Virus record (IMG/VR): IMGVR_UViG_2890449678_000009
Span: 14,840-78,839 of that record
Reading direction: 5' to 3' (one strand)
DNA from: a virus
Lineage: Duplodnaviria; Caudoviricetes
DNA: 64,000 bases
The notes under the pieces are model-generated. The model saw nothing but the letters and a program-made list of their open reading frames with translations. It searched no databases and was not told the origin of the DNA. Within the stretch, counting starts at the first letter, position 1. Every line of letters starts with the position of its first letter. The position numbers were made by a program, and so were the translations under genes. This document shows positions 18,450 to 27,902 of this stretch, piece by piece.

Positions 18450-18947
18450 ATGGCCCTCATTAAGATTAGTGGAAACACAGACCGCATTTCTGCTGCCCTT
18501 TCTCGACTAGAGAAGCTCGGAAGAGAGCCGAATGCGCTTTTGTCGGATATCGGGCTTAAGATGGTTGACCGAACGAAAGAACGCATAGAAAGGGAAGTCT
18601 CTCCCGATGGCAGTCCTTTTGCGCCGCTTAATCCGCTTTATGCTTCGACAAAAAAAGGGCCAGGCATTCTTCGTGAAAGCGGATCTCTCCGCAGGACCAT
18701 TTATAAGCAGATTGAGGGCAACCGCCTGATCTGGGGTTCAAACATGAATTACGCTGCTGTGCATCAATTTGGGGCGATTATTAAACCCAAGACACAGTCG
18801 GCGTTAGAGTTTAGTATTGGCGGACGGGTGTTTAAGCGCCAATCTGTGACCATTCCAGCGCGGCCTTATCTTGGCTTTAATGAGGCCGACCGGCAGGCGA
18901 CGGTGGAGACGCTTCAGACATTTTTCCGACGTTGTCTGGCGGGCTAA
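18450..18947 (+). CDS. Mu gpG-like virion morphogenesis protein
   Basis: SPDGSPFAPL, ILRESGSL..., GSNMNYAAVHQFG, IPARPYLG. Confidence 0.92.
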   Translation: MALIKISGNTDRISAALSRLEKLGREPNALLSDIGLKMVDRTKERIEREVSPDGSPFAPLNPLYASTKKGPGILRESGSLRRTIYKQIEGNRLIWGSNMNYAAVHQFGAIIKPKTQSALEFSIGGRVFKRQSVTIPARPYLGFNEADRQATVETLQTFFRRCLAG

Positions 18948-19109
18948 CGCTTTCGCGTTCCCCCTGTCTCATTTTCAAACGCTCTTCAAACGATTTCAAA
19001 CGGGGTTACGTGCGTTTTGGGACGATGTGTGGGTCATTATACCGCACGCCGCCTGTAAAGCGCTGTGCGGGCTTTTATGAGAACCGCCCCTTTTGCCTTC
19101 TTAAACAGG

Positions 19110-19168
19110 TTTCGGGGTATAGGGTGGAGTCCTGATAACGCGTGACACGCTCTGTCATGGTTGCCCTC
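19110..19168 (+). promoter_or_regulatory. Mu-like late promoter copy 2 (PI-like)
   Basis: TTTCGGGGTATAGGGTGGAGTCCTGATA with CATGGT at +46. Confidence 0.78.
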
Positions 19169-20155
19169 ATGAGCGTGATGACAGACATGCCGTTCTCTTA
19201 CGACGGCTCCACACCCCCTGATTGGGTTCATATCCTCCCCCACGGCGCCTTTCCCGTTTTGGGTGGGCGCACATCACTGCGTGCGTCTGACCTAAAGGCG
19301 GTGATTGAGGCGTCGTTGCAGCGCGGGAAGATTGTGCTGGATGAGAACCACAGCACAGACCTTGCGGCACCGCGTGGGAAGCCCTCACCAGCGATGGGGT
19401 GGATTGAGGCGATGGAGGCCCGGAGTGACGGCCTCTGGGGGCGTGTGGTGTGGACTAAGCGCGGGCGGGCCGCCATGGAAGACCACGCGTATCGCGCGCT
19501 CTCGCCCGTCTTGAGTAGCCTGAATGGTGAGGTAACGCAGATTTTACGCGTGTCGCTCACCAATACGCCTGACCTCACGCTCACAACGCTCCATTCCCAA
19601 ACAACCAACCATGAAGGATGTGCGATGACCTACTCACGCGCTGACCTCTGCGCACGCCTTGGCTTGAAAGCCGAGGCCGATGACGCAACGATTGCCCAGG
19701 CACTCGACCAAGCTCGTGGGAGTGTGTCATTGCACTCCCGCACCGCTGAGCTGGCGGGGCTGAAACCGGATGCTTCAGAAGACGCCATTCTGGCGAGCCT
19801 TCAAGCGCAACGCGAACAAATCACGCTGCATTCAACCGCCACGCAGAGTCTGCAAAGCCGCCTTGATGCGCTTGAGCAGGAAAATGGCCGTATCAAAGCC
19901 GAACGCTTTGTCAGCGAGGCGGGCCGGACCAAGCTCATCTCTGACGATCTGCGCGGCACGCTTATTACGCTTCATTCACAGAATGCGGAGCTGGCCCAAA
20001 GCATTGTGGCGGGCTTGCCTGACGCGCCAAGCGGGCAGCCGACGATGGGTGGCGCTGCGGGGGCTTCCCATGCCCGCGCGGACACCGGCATGGCCAAAGC
20101 AGAAGCCGCCCTTGGCTTAACCGAGGATGACCTCAAGCAAGGAGGGCTCCGCTAA
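19169..20155 (+). CDS. Head maturation protease I with internal in-frame scaffold Z (start about 19625)
   Basis: WVHILPHG.F, VLDENHST, PAMGWI, GLWGRV.WT.RG, YR.LSP, LTNTP.L; GAAGGA RBS before internal ATG 19625. Confidence 0.9.
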   Translation: MSVMTDMPFSYDGSTPPDWVHILPHGAFPVLGGRTSLRASDLKAVIEASLQRGKIVLDENHSTDLAAPRGKPSPAMGWIEAMEARSDGLWGRVVWTKRGRAAMEDHAYRALSPVLSSLNGEVTQILRVSLTNTPDLTLTTLHSQTTNHEGCAMTYSRADLCARLGLKAEADDATIAQALDQARGSVSLHSRTAELAGLKPDASEDAILASLQAQREQITLHSTATQSLQSRLDALEQENGRIKAERFVSEAGRTKLISDDLRGTLITLHSQNAELAQSIVAGLPDAPSGQPTMGGAAGASHARADTGMAKAEAALGLTEDDLKQGGLR

Positions 20156-20667
20156 TGGCGCTTACGCAAGATCGCGCGCTTTCTGAAAAGCTAGTGCCTC
20201 ATGGGCCTGAATTTGGCCATCCCGTTGCTGAGGGCTTCCGCGTCTATCGTGGGTCGCTTGTTGCGGTGTGTGCGGACGGCACGATTGTGCCCGCTGGGGC
20301 GACGAACACGCCCTCTGCCCCTGTGGCGATTGTTGGGCTGGCACGGCAGTTCAAAGACAATTCTGCGGCGGGGTCGATGCTCAATGGCGACATGGTGGGC
20401 AGCCACCCGATCTGGGTCAAAAAAGGCTGCTACGCTTTGCCGTTTGACACAGCACCCACGTGGGCGAACCTCAATCAGACGGTCTATGCCGTTGATGATG
20501 AGACGGTGTCTTTAAACCAAAGCGCCCCTCCACCAAAAGCAGCTTCTGCTTCTACTGGCGATAATGAAACGGCCAGCACGCCCAGTGTGCCTGCTGCTTC
20601 AAGGCTGCCGGTCGGCACGCTCGTTGGGTTTGAGCCTGATGGCACGCCCTTTGTTCTGATTTCCTAA
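20155..20667 (+). CDS. Head decoration/cement protein
   Basis: Between protease and capsid; VYRGSLVAV..DG..VPA, VYAVDDETVS. Confidence 0.65.
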   Translation: MALTQDRALSEKLVPHGPEFGHPVAEGFRVYRGSLVAVCADGTIVPAGATNTPSAPVAIVGLARQFKDNSAAGSMLNGDMVGSHPIWVKKGCYALPFDTAPTWANLNQTVYAVDDETVSLNQSAPPPKAASASTGDNETASTPSVPAASRLPVGTLVGFEPDGTPFVLIS

Positions 20668-20682
20668 AAAAGAGAGAATATT

Positions 20683-21636
20683 ATGGATATCTCCATAGGG
20701 TCTATGAATGCGTTGACCGCGCGGTTGAGCTTAGCCTTCAATAAATATATTCCCACCGTCCCTACCCAGTATGGGCGCTTTGCGATGACAGTTCCCTCCT
20801 CAGCGGGGGAGAATATTTACCCACGCATTGCGGAGCTGCCGGGGTTGCGGGAGTTTTTGGGGCAGCGTGTTGTTCATCGTATCTCCGCTCAGGAGCGTTT
20901 TACGATTGTCAACCGCACCTTTGAAGAGACACTCTCTGTCCGACGGGAAGATTTAGAAGACGACCAGTTTGGCTTTTTAACCCCTGCTATACAGCAGCTC
21001 GCCGCCGATGCAGGCACGCTCCCCGATAAGCTGGTTTTTGGTCTGCTTGAAGCAGGACACCGCACAAAAGGCATGGATGGTCAGTATTATTTCGATGCCG
21101 ACCATGAAGGGTATGGGCGCGATGGAAAACCTACGGGCTTTTCCAATCTTCTCCGTCCCGCTGCCACGGAGCGCACAACCCCGGCTTGGTATTTATTTAA
21201 CAATAACAACCCGATGAAGCCGATGGTCTTCCAGACACGCAGGCCGTTCACGGTTACGGCACGCACGCAGCTTTCTGATGGGGTGGTGTTTCACCGCAAT
21301 GAGTTTGAATGGGGCACAGATGGACGGTGTAATGCGGGCTATGGGCTGCATAATTTTGCGCTCCGCTCCACCGCGCCGCTGACGCCTGAAAATCTCGGCA
21401 AGGCGATTGCGATGATGGAGAACCAGTATCGCAAAGACGGCCAGCCTTATAATGCGCGGCCCAATATCCTCTTCGCCCCCACCTCTTTGGAAGGGGAAGC
21501 GCGCGCGCTGTTGGAGAAGGATTTCGTGCCGATGAAAACCCCAGACGGCACATGGGTGACTGGCTCCAACCCGTGGAGTGGCACGCTGGAACTCGTGGTG
21601 AGCCCTTACCTGAATGCTTTTGCGGTGACTGACTAA
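20683..21636 (+). CDS. Major head protein (Mu gpT)
   Basis: PGLREFLGQRV, NRTFEETLSV.REDLEDDQ.G, DGQYYFDADH, KPMVFQTR, GTDGRCNAGYG. Confidence 0.95.
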   Translation: MDISIGSMNALTARLSLAFNKYIPTVPTQYGRFAMTVPSSAGENIYPRIAELPGLREFLGQRVVHRISAQERFTIVNRTFEETLSVRREDLEDDQFGFLTPAIQQLAADAGTLPDKLVFGLLEAGHRTKGMDGQYYFDADHEGYGRDGKPTGFSNLLRPAATERTTPAWYLFNNNNPMKPMVFQTRRPFTVTARTQLSDGVVFHRNEFEWGTDGRCNAGYGLHNFALRSTAPLTPENLGKAIAMMENQYRKDGQPYNARPNILFAPTSLEGEARALLEKDFVPMKTPDGTWVTGSNPWSGTLELVVSPYLNAFAVTD

Positions 21637-21941
21637 TGGCGACCAAGAAAAACGCGACAACAGCGGTGGACGTGGCACGCGATGAGGCTGTGACATCCGC
21701 CCCGGAACATGACCTTTCCTCTACCGAGGAGGCAAAGACGGTCACGGCGCATCTCTTGCTGGCCGACAGGAGGGTGCCGCTCAAGGCGGGGCAGCTTCTG
21801 ATTATCTGTGCTTCTCCGGGCTTTCGGCGGGCGGGCATTGAGCATGAGCGCTCCAAGCTGTGGGAGAGACGCGCGTTCACCGCTGAGCAGATCGACCAGA
21901 TGCGGCGTGAGCCTCTGCTGACGCTGATCGAGGTGGGCTGA
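21636..21941 (+). CDS. Mu gp35 / HI1506-like protein
   Basis: GFRRAGIEH...FTAEQI..M.REPLL. Confidence 0.75.
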   Translation: MATKKNATTAVDVARDEAVTSAPEHDLSSTEEAKTVTAHLLLADRRVPLKAGQLLIICASPGFRRAGIEHERSKLWERRAFTAEQIDQMRREPLLTLIEVG

Positions 21942-21943
21942 CC

Positions 21944-22369
21944 ATGGCCTATGCGACGCTGGATGACCTGATTGAGCGCTTTGGGCGCGGGGAAATTGCC
22001 AGCACCAACCCCGATCGGAACGTGCCGCGTGGCACGTTGGACGGCGAGCGTGTGACGCGCATCCTCACAGACGTATCGTCCACGATGGATAGCTACCTTC
22101 AGCGTCGCTATGTCGTGCCGGTATCACCTATTCCGCCGGTGTTGGTGCGGGTCTGCTGCCAGCTTGCCCGCTTTGACTTGGCCCTTGGCACAGCCAACGT
22201 GCCGAGTGAACAAATCCGCTCAGGCCAGCAAGCGGCGATGGCGTGGTTACGTGATATCGGTGCCGGTAAGGCCACGTTGGATGCGGTGGCGGTCGTGGAT
22301 AATAGCGAAAGCTGGTCGCGCTTTAAGGGGCGCACGTCCTTCCATGGTCGAGGAGGGTCGGTCTTATGA
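21944..22369 (+). CDS. Head-tail adaptor (Mu gp36, DUF1320)
   Basis: MAYATLDDLIERFG, DSYLQRRY.VP, CCQLARF.L, A.AWLRDI..GK. Confidence 0.9.
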   Translation: MAYATLDDLIERFGRGEIASTNPDRNVPRGTLDGERVTRILTDVSSTMDSYLQRRYVVPVSPIPPVLVRVCCQLARFDLALGTANVPSEQIRSGQQAAMAWLRDIGAGKATLDAVAVVDNSESWSRFKGRTSFHGRGGSVL

Positions 22370-22953
22370 CAGAGGCTCTCACACCAGCAGGCTATCCGCG
22401 TGCGATCTTAAAAGGCGATGTGGTTGGGAAGGCTTTTGAGGGCGTGCAAGCACGGCTGAAAGCCTTGTTCTCCGACACGATCTTTTCCCACGCCATCCTA
22501 CCCCCTCATGCTACGCGCCAGACATGGGACAAGATCATCCAAAGCGCTCCTTGTGTGGCCTTGGGCTTGGGCGGTTGGCGAGCCAGCAACAAGCCCGGTT
22601 ACGGCTTTATGGGCGATCTGAGCTTTCCGCTGGCGATCCTGCTCACGCATAGCGATCCCAATGACCTTTATCTGGGCACGGGGGAGCTGCGCGATATTGG
22701 CGTTGCGGGAGTGATGGCCGCCATTGCGGGGGGCTTGCATGGCTGGGAGCTAGGCGATGTGGGGTCGTGCAAAGTCCACGCGATCACACTGCCCAACACA
22801 GAAGACTGGTTTGATGATCGCTCGGCCATCGTGGCCGTTGAACTCGTCTTTGAAAATGTGCGGCTCGACAATGCCGAAGCCCTTGCTGAGCTTGAGGATT
22901 TTCTCAGCCAACGCACACAAATCACACCACAAAAGGAGAACGGCCATGAGTGA
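22366..22953 (+). CDS. Tail terminator (Mu gp37-like)
   Basis: Synteny and size. Confidence 0.65.
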   Translation: MTEALTPAGYPRAILKGDVVGKAFEGVQARLKALFSDTIFSHAILPPHATRQTWDKIIQSAPCVALGLGGWRASNKPGYGFMGDLSFPLAILLTHSDPNDLYLGTGELRDIGVAGVMAAIAGGLHGWELGDVGSCKVHAITLPNTEDWFDDRSAIVAVELVFENVRLDNAEALAELEDFLSQRTQITPQKENGHE

Positions 22954-23170
22954 CGATAGTGTCAACGTGCGCCCTGCTGCGGGCCGTCGGGTGATGAGCC
23001 CACGCGGCGCTGACGTGCCCGCCAAGGGCTTTGCCATTAATCCGCGCGACCCTTGGTGGGCACGGGCGCTGAGAAGCGGCGACATTGTGCCGATTAGCAA
23101 CAGCGAACCGCCCTCTGATGCAACTCAAGCGGCACCCATCCTGCCCTCAAAGACTGAGGAGAAGAAATAA
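22946..23170 (+). CDS. Mu gp38-like protein (DUF2635)
   Basis: VRPAAGRRV..P..., WWARALRSGDIV. Confidence 0.8.
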   Translation: MSDDSVNVRPAAGRRVMSPRGADVPAKGFAINPRDPWWARALRSGDIVPISNSEPPSDATQAAPILPSKTEEKK

Positions 23171-24645
23171 TGGATTTTGAACAAATCCCCGGTCAGCTGC
23201 ATGTGCCCGGTTCTTATACCGAGATAAAAGACGTGCCTGCACCGGGTCGTCTGACGGGCATGCCCGTGCGGCCACTCATTGTGGGGCCAACCGCGAAGAA
23301 AGAGCTGGCAGGCCAGCTGTTCCGCAACGTCTCCCCAGGGCATGTTGAGGGCCTGTTTGGTGCAGGGTCCGTCATCGCGCAGGCCGTGCGGACCTTTAGT
23401 GCTGAGCAGCCCATGTTGAGCGTCGATGTGGTGACAGTCACCACCCCCGATGGTGCGAAACCTGCGACCGGCACGCTGGCTTTTTCAGGTGCTCCACAAC
23501 GGGCTGGAACGGCAGCCATCCTTGTGGGTGGGCAGCGGGTTAGCTGGCCTGTGGCCACTAACGACACGCCGCAAAATATCGCAGCGCAGTTGCTGACAGC
23601 GATCAATGCCAGCACGCTTACACAAAATACAGGCGTAACCGCCGCCCTTGGTAAGGACGGCACGTCTGTCGTCTTTACCGCTGGTGAAGGCGGCGCGGTC
23701 ACCAATGATATCGACCTCCGCCTCTCTTCCGCCCTGAGTGACCAAGTGCCGGGCATGGTCGTGACTGTTACGCCGATGAGCGAAGGCACAGGCACACCCG
23801 ACGTTACGCCTGCGGTGATGGCGTTGGGTGAGATTTGGTACACGGACGTTGTCCTCCTAGTGAATGACCAAGCGGCTGTCAGTGCGTTCGTCCAAGAAGC
23901 TAAACGTCGTGGCAATGCGATGGTGGCTAAGGATATGCGGGTCTGTGTGGGGCTGCGAGCCTCTATGGGCCAAGCGCTCGCCTTCCAGCAGAACTTTGGA
24001 ACATCGGAAGAGCTTGTGCTCTTTGCTTGGGAAAATCCGCGTGCGTCGTCTTGGCAGATGGCGGCCTCGTTGGGAGCAGTGATGGCCCAAAGCCTCAACA
24101 CAGACCCCGCCCGACAGCTGCGCGGTTTACCGCTGACGACCCTAACGGGGTTGGGGCCTGAGCATGGCGATGATTTCACCTTTAACCAGCGCAACCTGAT
24201 GCTCGGCACAGGCTGCACAACCGTAACAGTAAGCGAAGATGGCACGATTGCACTGGAGCGTGTGGTCACCACCCGCGTGACGATGCCGGAGACAGGCACG
24301 GCATCGGGTGTGTGGGATGTGATGATCCCCGCTATTGGGGCACGCGTCCGCTTTGAGTGGAACAGTTTTGCCGAAGCCAACTATGCCCGCGCCAAACTGG
24401 CCGATGATGGCAGCCCGCTGGCCAATGTTGACGGTGTGGTCACGCCCAAAACGCTCAAAGCCTCATGGATCGGCCAATGTAAGCTCTATGAGCAGCAAGG
24501 CTGGATTGATGATGTGGCCACCACAGGGCCACAGGCGGTGTTTGAGCGGGACGCAACAGACCGGAACCGTGTGAACAGCTCGCTGCCCATCTTGCCGATG
24601 GGCTCGCTTATGGTCTTGGCCAATATTCTGACATTGGAGGTCTAA
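23170..24645 (+). CDS. Tail sheath protein (Mu gpL)
   Basis: FEQIP..L.VPGSY.EI, LFGAGS, DPARQL, RN.ML..G..T, ERVVTT, AKLADDG. Confidence 0.93.
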   Translation: MDFEQIPGQLHVPGSYTEIKDVPAPGRLTGMPVRPLIVGPTAKKELAGQLFRNVSPGHVEGLFGAGSVIAQAVRTFSAEQPMLSVDVVTVTTPDGAKPATGTLAFSGAPQRAGTAAILVGGQRVSWPVATNDTPQNIAAQLLTAINASTLTQNTGVTAALGKDGTSVVFTAGEGGAVTNDIDLRLSSALSDQVPGMVVTVTPMSEGTGTPDVTPAVMALGEIWYTDVVLLVNDQAAVSAFVQEAKRRGNAMVAKDMRVCVGLRASMGQALAFQQNFGTSEELVLFAWENPRASSWQMAASLGAVMAQSLNTDPARQLRGLPLTTLTGLGPEHGDDFTFNQRNLMLGTGCTTVTVSEDGTIALERVVTTRVTMPETGTASGVWDVMIPAIGARVRFEWNSFAEANYARAKLADDGSPLANVDGVVTPKTLKASWIGQCKLYEQQGWIDDVATTGPQAVFERDATDRNRVNSSLPILPMGSLMVLANILTLEV

Positions 24646-24649
24646 GCTG

Positions 24650-25003
24650 ATGGCGCAGACATTAGGACTGATCCGCCTTTTCTGGCGGGGCAAACAGTAT
24701 GACGTGCAAAAGGGCGTGAAGTTTCGCACAGCGGGACTAAAAAACGAGAGTGTGAACGCCAATTTCCGCGCTTTGCGGAGCACGCAATATCAGGTGGGTG
24801 ACGTCAAAGCCACGATTGTCCCCACGAAAGACACCAGCCCCTCGGACTTTGCTCCAGCGCTTGGTGAAGGCGAACTGCAACTGCAAGCCGATACCGGGAA
24901 AACATGGGTCATGGCGGACGCCTACGTCATGGAACAGCCCGAATGGAGTGACGACGGCAAGGTCAGCGTCACATGGAATTTCAATACCGTTCAGGAGTTT
25001 TAA
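24650..25003 (+). CDS. Tail tube protein
   Basis: Follows sheath; 117 aa, beta-rich. Confidence 0.85.
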   Translation: MAQTLGLIRLFWRGKQYDVQKGVKFRTAGLKNESVNANFRALRSTQYQVGDVKATIVPTKDTSPSDFAPALGEGELQLQADTGKTWVMADAYVMEQPEWSDDGKVSVTWNFNTVQEF

Positions 25004-25006
25004 GCG

Positions 25007-25351
25007 ATGAACGACATGACACTCAATACCCTCCCCCAAGGTGCAGAACGGCGTGATGATGGGGCCGTGCGCTATACGTTCTCCGAACCAGCCACGCTCC
25101 CTTCCACCAATGGTGGGGAGGACCGCGTTCTTACTGAACTGGTCATTCGCAAGCCCTTATCTGGTGACCTCATTGATGCGGGGACGGACGATAATAAGGC
25201 CCTGTTTAGCTTTAACCTCCTCTGTGCGCTCTCGGGGCAAACGGACGCCATTGGCAAGAGCCTGATGCGGCGATTGGCCCCCCGTGATTACTTGGCGTGC
25301 CAGAGCGTGGTGGCGGCTTTTTTCAACAATGGCCAGACGACTGGCCTGTAA
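25007..25351 (+). CDS. Tail assembly chaperone, with a -1 frameshift extension to 25485
   Basis: Between tube and tape measure; T TTT TTC slippery heptamer at 25318-25324; -1 frame open (WPDDWP..LAALA...GF...DL..LT.NEL.FW). Confidence 0.85.
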   Translation: MNDMTLNTLPQGAERRDDGAVRYTFSEPATLPSTNGGEDRVLTELVIRKPLSGDLIDAGTDDNKALFSFNLLCALSGQTDAIGKSLMRRLAPRDYLACQSVVAAFFNNGQTTGL

Positions 25352-25503
25352 GGCTGGCCGCACTGGCCAATACGCTTGGCTTTGGGCGCGATGATCTGCG
25401 CGCCCTGACCCTCAATGAGCTTTACTTTTGGACGGCAGCCCAAGCCGATTACGGGGCTGCTGTGGTGAGCCAGAGTGAGGACTAACCCCACAAGGAGGCG
25501 CTT

Positions 25504-27900
25504 ATGGCAGGCGACTTAAACGCACAATTTGAGCTTTCGCTGCTCGATAAAATCAGCGCGCCCTTGCGGGAAGTTCTCGACCGTTTGGAGGGTTTGAACA
25601 GCGTTTTAAGCCGATTTGAAGGCCAAGGGAACGAGGCAACGGGGGCGACCGATGCGCTCCATCGTGCTCTCAGCGAAGCCAGTGGCGGCGCAGATGGCGC
25701 CGCTGAGGCGATGGGTAAAGCGGGCCTGAGCCTTGGTGAGATGGGCGGCTCAAGCATTGAAGCAGCGCGCACGAGTGCTGCGTTGAACGATGTGCTGACC
25801 CAAGTCGGCACAGGCGCCAACGCGGCGAGCGAGGCCGTTGGGCGCGTGGCTGAGGCAATGGACACGGCTGGCCAGCACGGCGCAGAAGCCGCTGAGGGTA
25901 TGACGCCGTTTGTCCAAGAAATGGACCAGGTGGAACAATCCGCTGAACGCTCTTTAGGGGTGTTGAGGCGGTTGCGCTCCGCGATGAGCGGCATGGGCGA
26001 GGTTCAGGGCGGCTTTAAGGGGGCGATGCACGGCTTCCATGACAAATGGGGCCAAGCCCAGATGCGCGGCTTTGGGGCGCTGATGTCGGGCTTTGAGCTG
26101 GTGGAGCCCGTAAAGCAAGCGGCAGAATATGACAACACGATCCGCCATGTCGGCATTGGGCTAGAAATACATGGTGGTGCGTTAGATCAATATGTCGCTG
26201 ATGAGAAGGTAAAGATTAACCAACTCGCCCGCTCAACCGGGCAACGTAGCGGCGACCTTGCCGAAGCTCTGGGCTTTTTCTCCCGCGAAGGGTTCCGAGG
26301 GCAAGAACTGGAGAACTCACTAGCCACCACCGCCAAGATTGCCACCGCCTATAATGCGCACCCCGAAGCGGTGGCGAAATCGGCCTTTGCGCTGAAGGAA
26401 AATCTGGGCATTGATGATGCCCACCTCCAAGGAGCACTCGCCTCTGTGGCGATTGCTGGGAAACAGGCGGATTTGCCGTTTGAGAAATTAGCGCCTTTGT
26501 TGCCGCAGGTAGCCGCTTCTGCTGGGGCGTTGGGCATTCATGGTCGGGCTGGTGTTAATGACCTCGCTGCCGCCTTGGCTGTCGTGAGAAAAAGCACCGG
26601 CACAGAAGGTGAAGCCGCTACAGATGCGAGAGCATTCCTTCAGACGATAACGTCTTCCCACGGTGCCAAAAAATGGCGTGAAATTTTTGGTGAAGACCTA
26701 TTCAAACTCGAAGATACTGCTCGAAAACATGGCCAAGACCCGATGATGGTGGTCATGGAACGCATCCGCTCTTTAGTTCAACACCTGCATGGCGATCGAA
26801 ACAAAGCGTTTTCCATGATCTTCCATAATCTGGAGGATAAAGGCTTTGCTAATGGGGTATTAGATCACTGGAAACAATATCAAGATATTCATCAAAAGGT
26901 TTCAGGTGCCACGCAAGGCGTCATTGACCATGATTACGCTGACGGGCGCAAAAGCGGCCTTATTGCGGTGCAGGAGTTCGAGGATGCGACCACGCAGCTT
27001 ATGCGCCGCATTGGCGATGATTTCACACCAACGCTGAGGCTGGTGACAGCAGGCATTACGGAGGTCAATGTCGGCCTTGAGAAGATGGACGCTGTGATGC
27101 CGGGTGTGTCCAAATATCTCATTGGCGGTGTTGGAGCCTTTATCGGCGTCATTACGGTGATGTCCGCTGTGGGGGCTGTGGCCTCGGCTGTCTCGGCGGG
27201 ATTTGGGGTTGTGATGGCCATTGGTGGCGCTATTGCCCCGGTCTTTGGGGTGTTGGGGGCTGCGATTGGTGCGGTCGGCTGGCCGGTTATTGGGGTTGTC
27301 GCCCTTATCGCAGGCCTCGCGGTCGCGATCTATGAGATGTGGGCGCATTGGGGCACGGTCAAAGCATGGCTGATCTCCGCCGGTCATACGGTGGGCCATG
27401 CGATTAGCCAGATCGGCGCCCCTCTTGGCTTGATCCTCGGCCCGATTGGGGCGGTTGGTGTGGCCCTTTATGAGATGTGGAAACATTGGGACACGGTTAA
27501 GCGCGTGCTCGACCAGACGGGGATCGCCATTGTCCAGTTCATCAACCATATCATCGACATCTTACCCGGAACGCTCTCCAAAGGCTTGCATGCGCTGATG
27601 AGCGGGCCTGACCATCCTGCGCCCAACCCGGCTTTGCTTGGTCCCGATGGGCGCTATAAGCCGCTTGTTAGCCCTGACGAGCAATGGAAGCGCAATTGGA
27701 AGGCACAGCCGCCTACGCTGGTTCGGCCTGTGCCGCCACCCCTTCCGGCTCTTGGTCAGCAGGGGCGCGCTAAAGATTCCCATATCCACCTCCATGTCAC
27801 CGCTGATGAGGGGCTGAAGGCCCATGCACACTCCCAGCGAGGGATGCCGCTTAATGTGCATGTCCATGGTAGCCCGAACTCTATGATGGGGAGGCCATAA
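25504..27900 (+). CDS. Tape measure protein
   Basis: Ala/Gly-rich helical protein with a TP901-like core and hydrophobic C-terminal repeats. Confidence 0.93.
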   Translation: MAGDLNAQFELSLLDKISAPLREVLDRLEGLNSVLSRFEGQGNEATGATDALHRALSEASGGADGAAEAMGKAGLSLGEMGGSSIEAARTSAALNDVLTQVGTGANAASEAVGRVAEAMDTAGQHGAEAAEGMTPFVQEMDQVEQSAERSLGVLRRLRSAMSGMGEVQGGFKGAMHGFHDKWGQAQMRGFGALMSGFELVEPVKQAAEYDNTIRHVGIGLEIHGGALDQYVADEKVKINQLARSTGQRSGDLAEALGFFSREGFRGQELENSLATTAKIATAYNAHPEAVAKSAFALKENLGIDDAHLQGALASVAIAGKQADLPFEKLAPLLPQVAASAGALGIHGRAGVNDLAAALAVVRKSTGTEGEAATDARAFLQTITSSHGAKKWREIFGEDLFKLEDTARKHGQDPMMVVMERIRSLVQHLHGDRNKAFSMIFHNLEDKGFANGVLDHWKQYQDIHQKVSGATQGVIDHDYADGRKSGLIAVQEFEDATTQLMRRIGDDFTPTLRLVTAGITEVNVGLEKMDAVMPGVSKYLIGGVGAFIGVITVMSAVGAVASAVSAGFGVVMAIGGAIAPVFGVLGAAIGAVGWPVIGVVALIAGLAVAIYEMWAHWGTVKAWLISAGHTVGHAISQIGAPLGLILGPIGAVGVALYEMWKHWDTVKRVLDQTGIAIVQFINHIIDILPGTLSKGLHALMSGPDHPAPNPALLGPDGRYKPLVSPDEQWKRNWKAQPPTLVRPVPPPLPALGQQGRAKDSHIHLHVTADEGLKAHAHSQRGMPLNVHVHGSPNSMMGRP

Positions 27901-27902
27901 TC

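Noticed and set aside
19142-19168. GTG start of protease I given by the ORF track
   Set aside because: It lies inside the conserved late promoter; ATG 19169 matches the spacing seen at the other two copies.
23214-24380. Long antisense ORFs (388 aa here; also 16069-17031 and 26902-27549)
   Set aside because: These are antisense shadows of GC-rich structural genes with no motifs or RBS.
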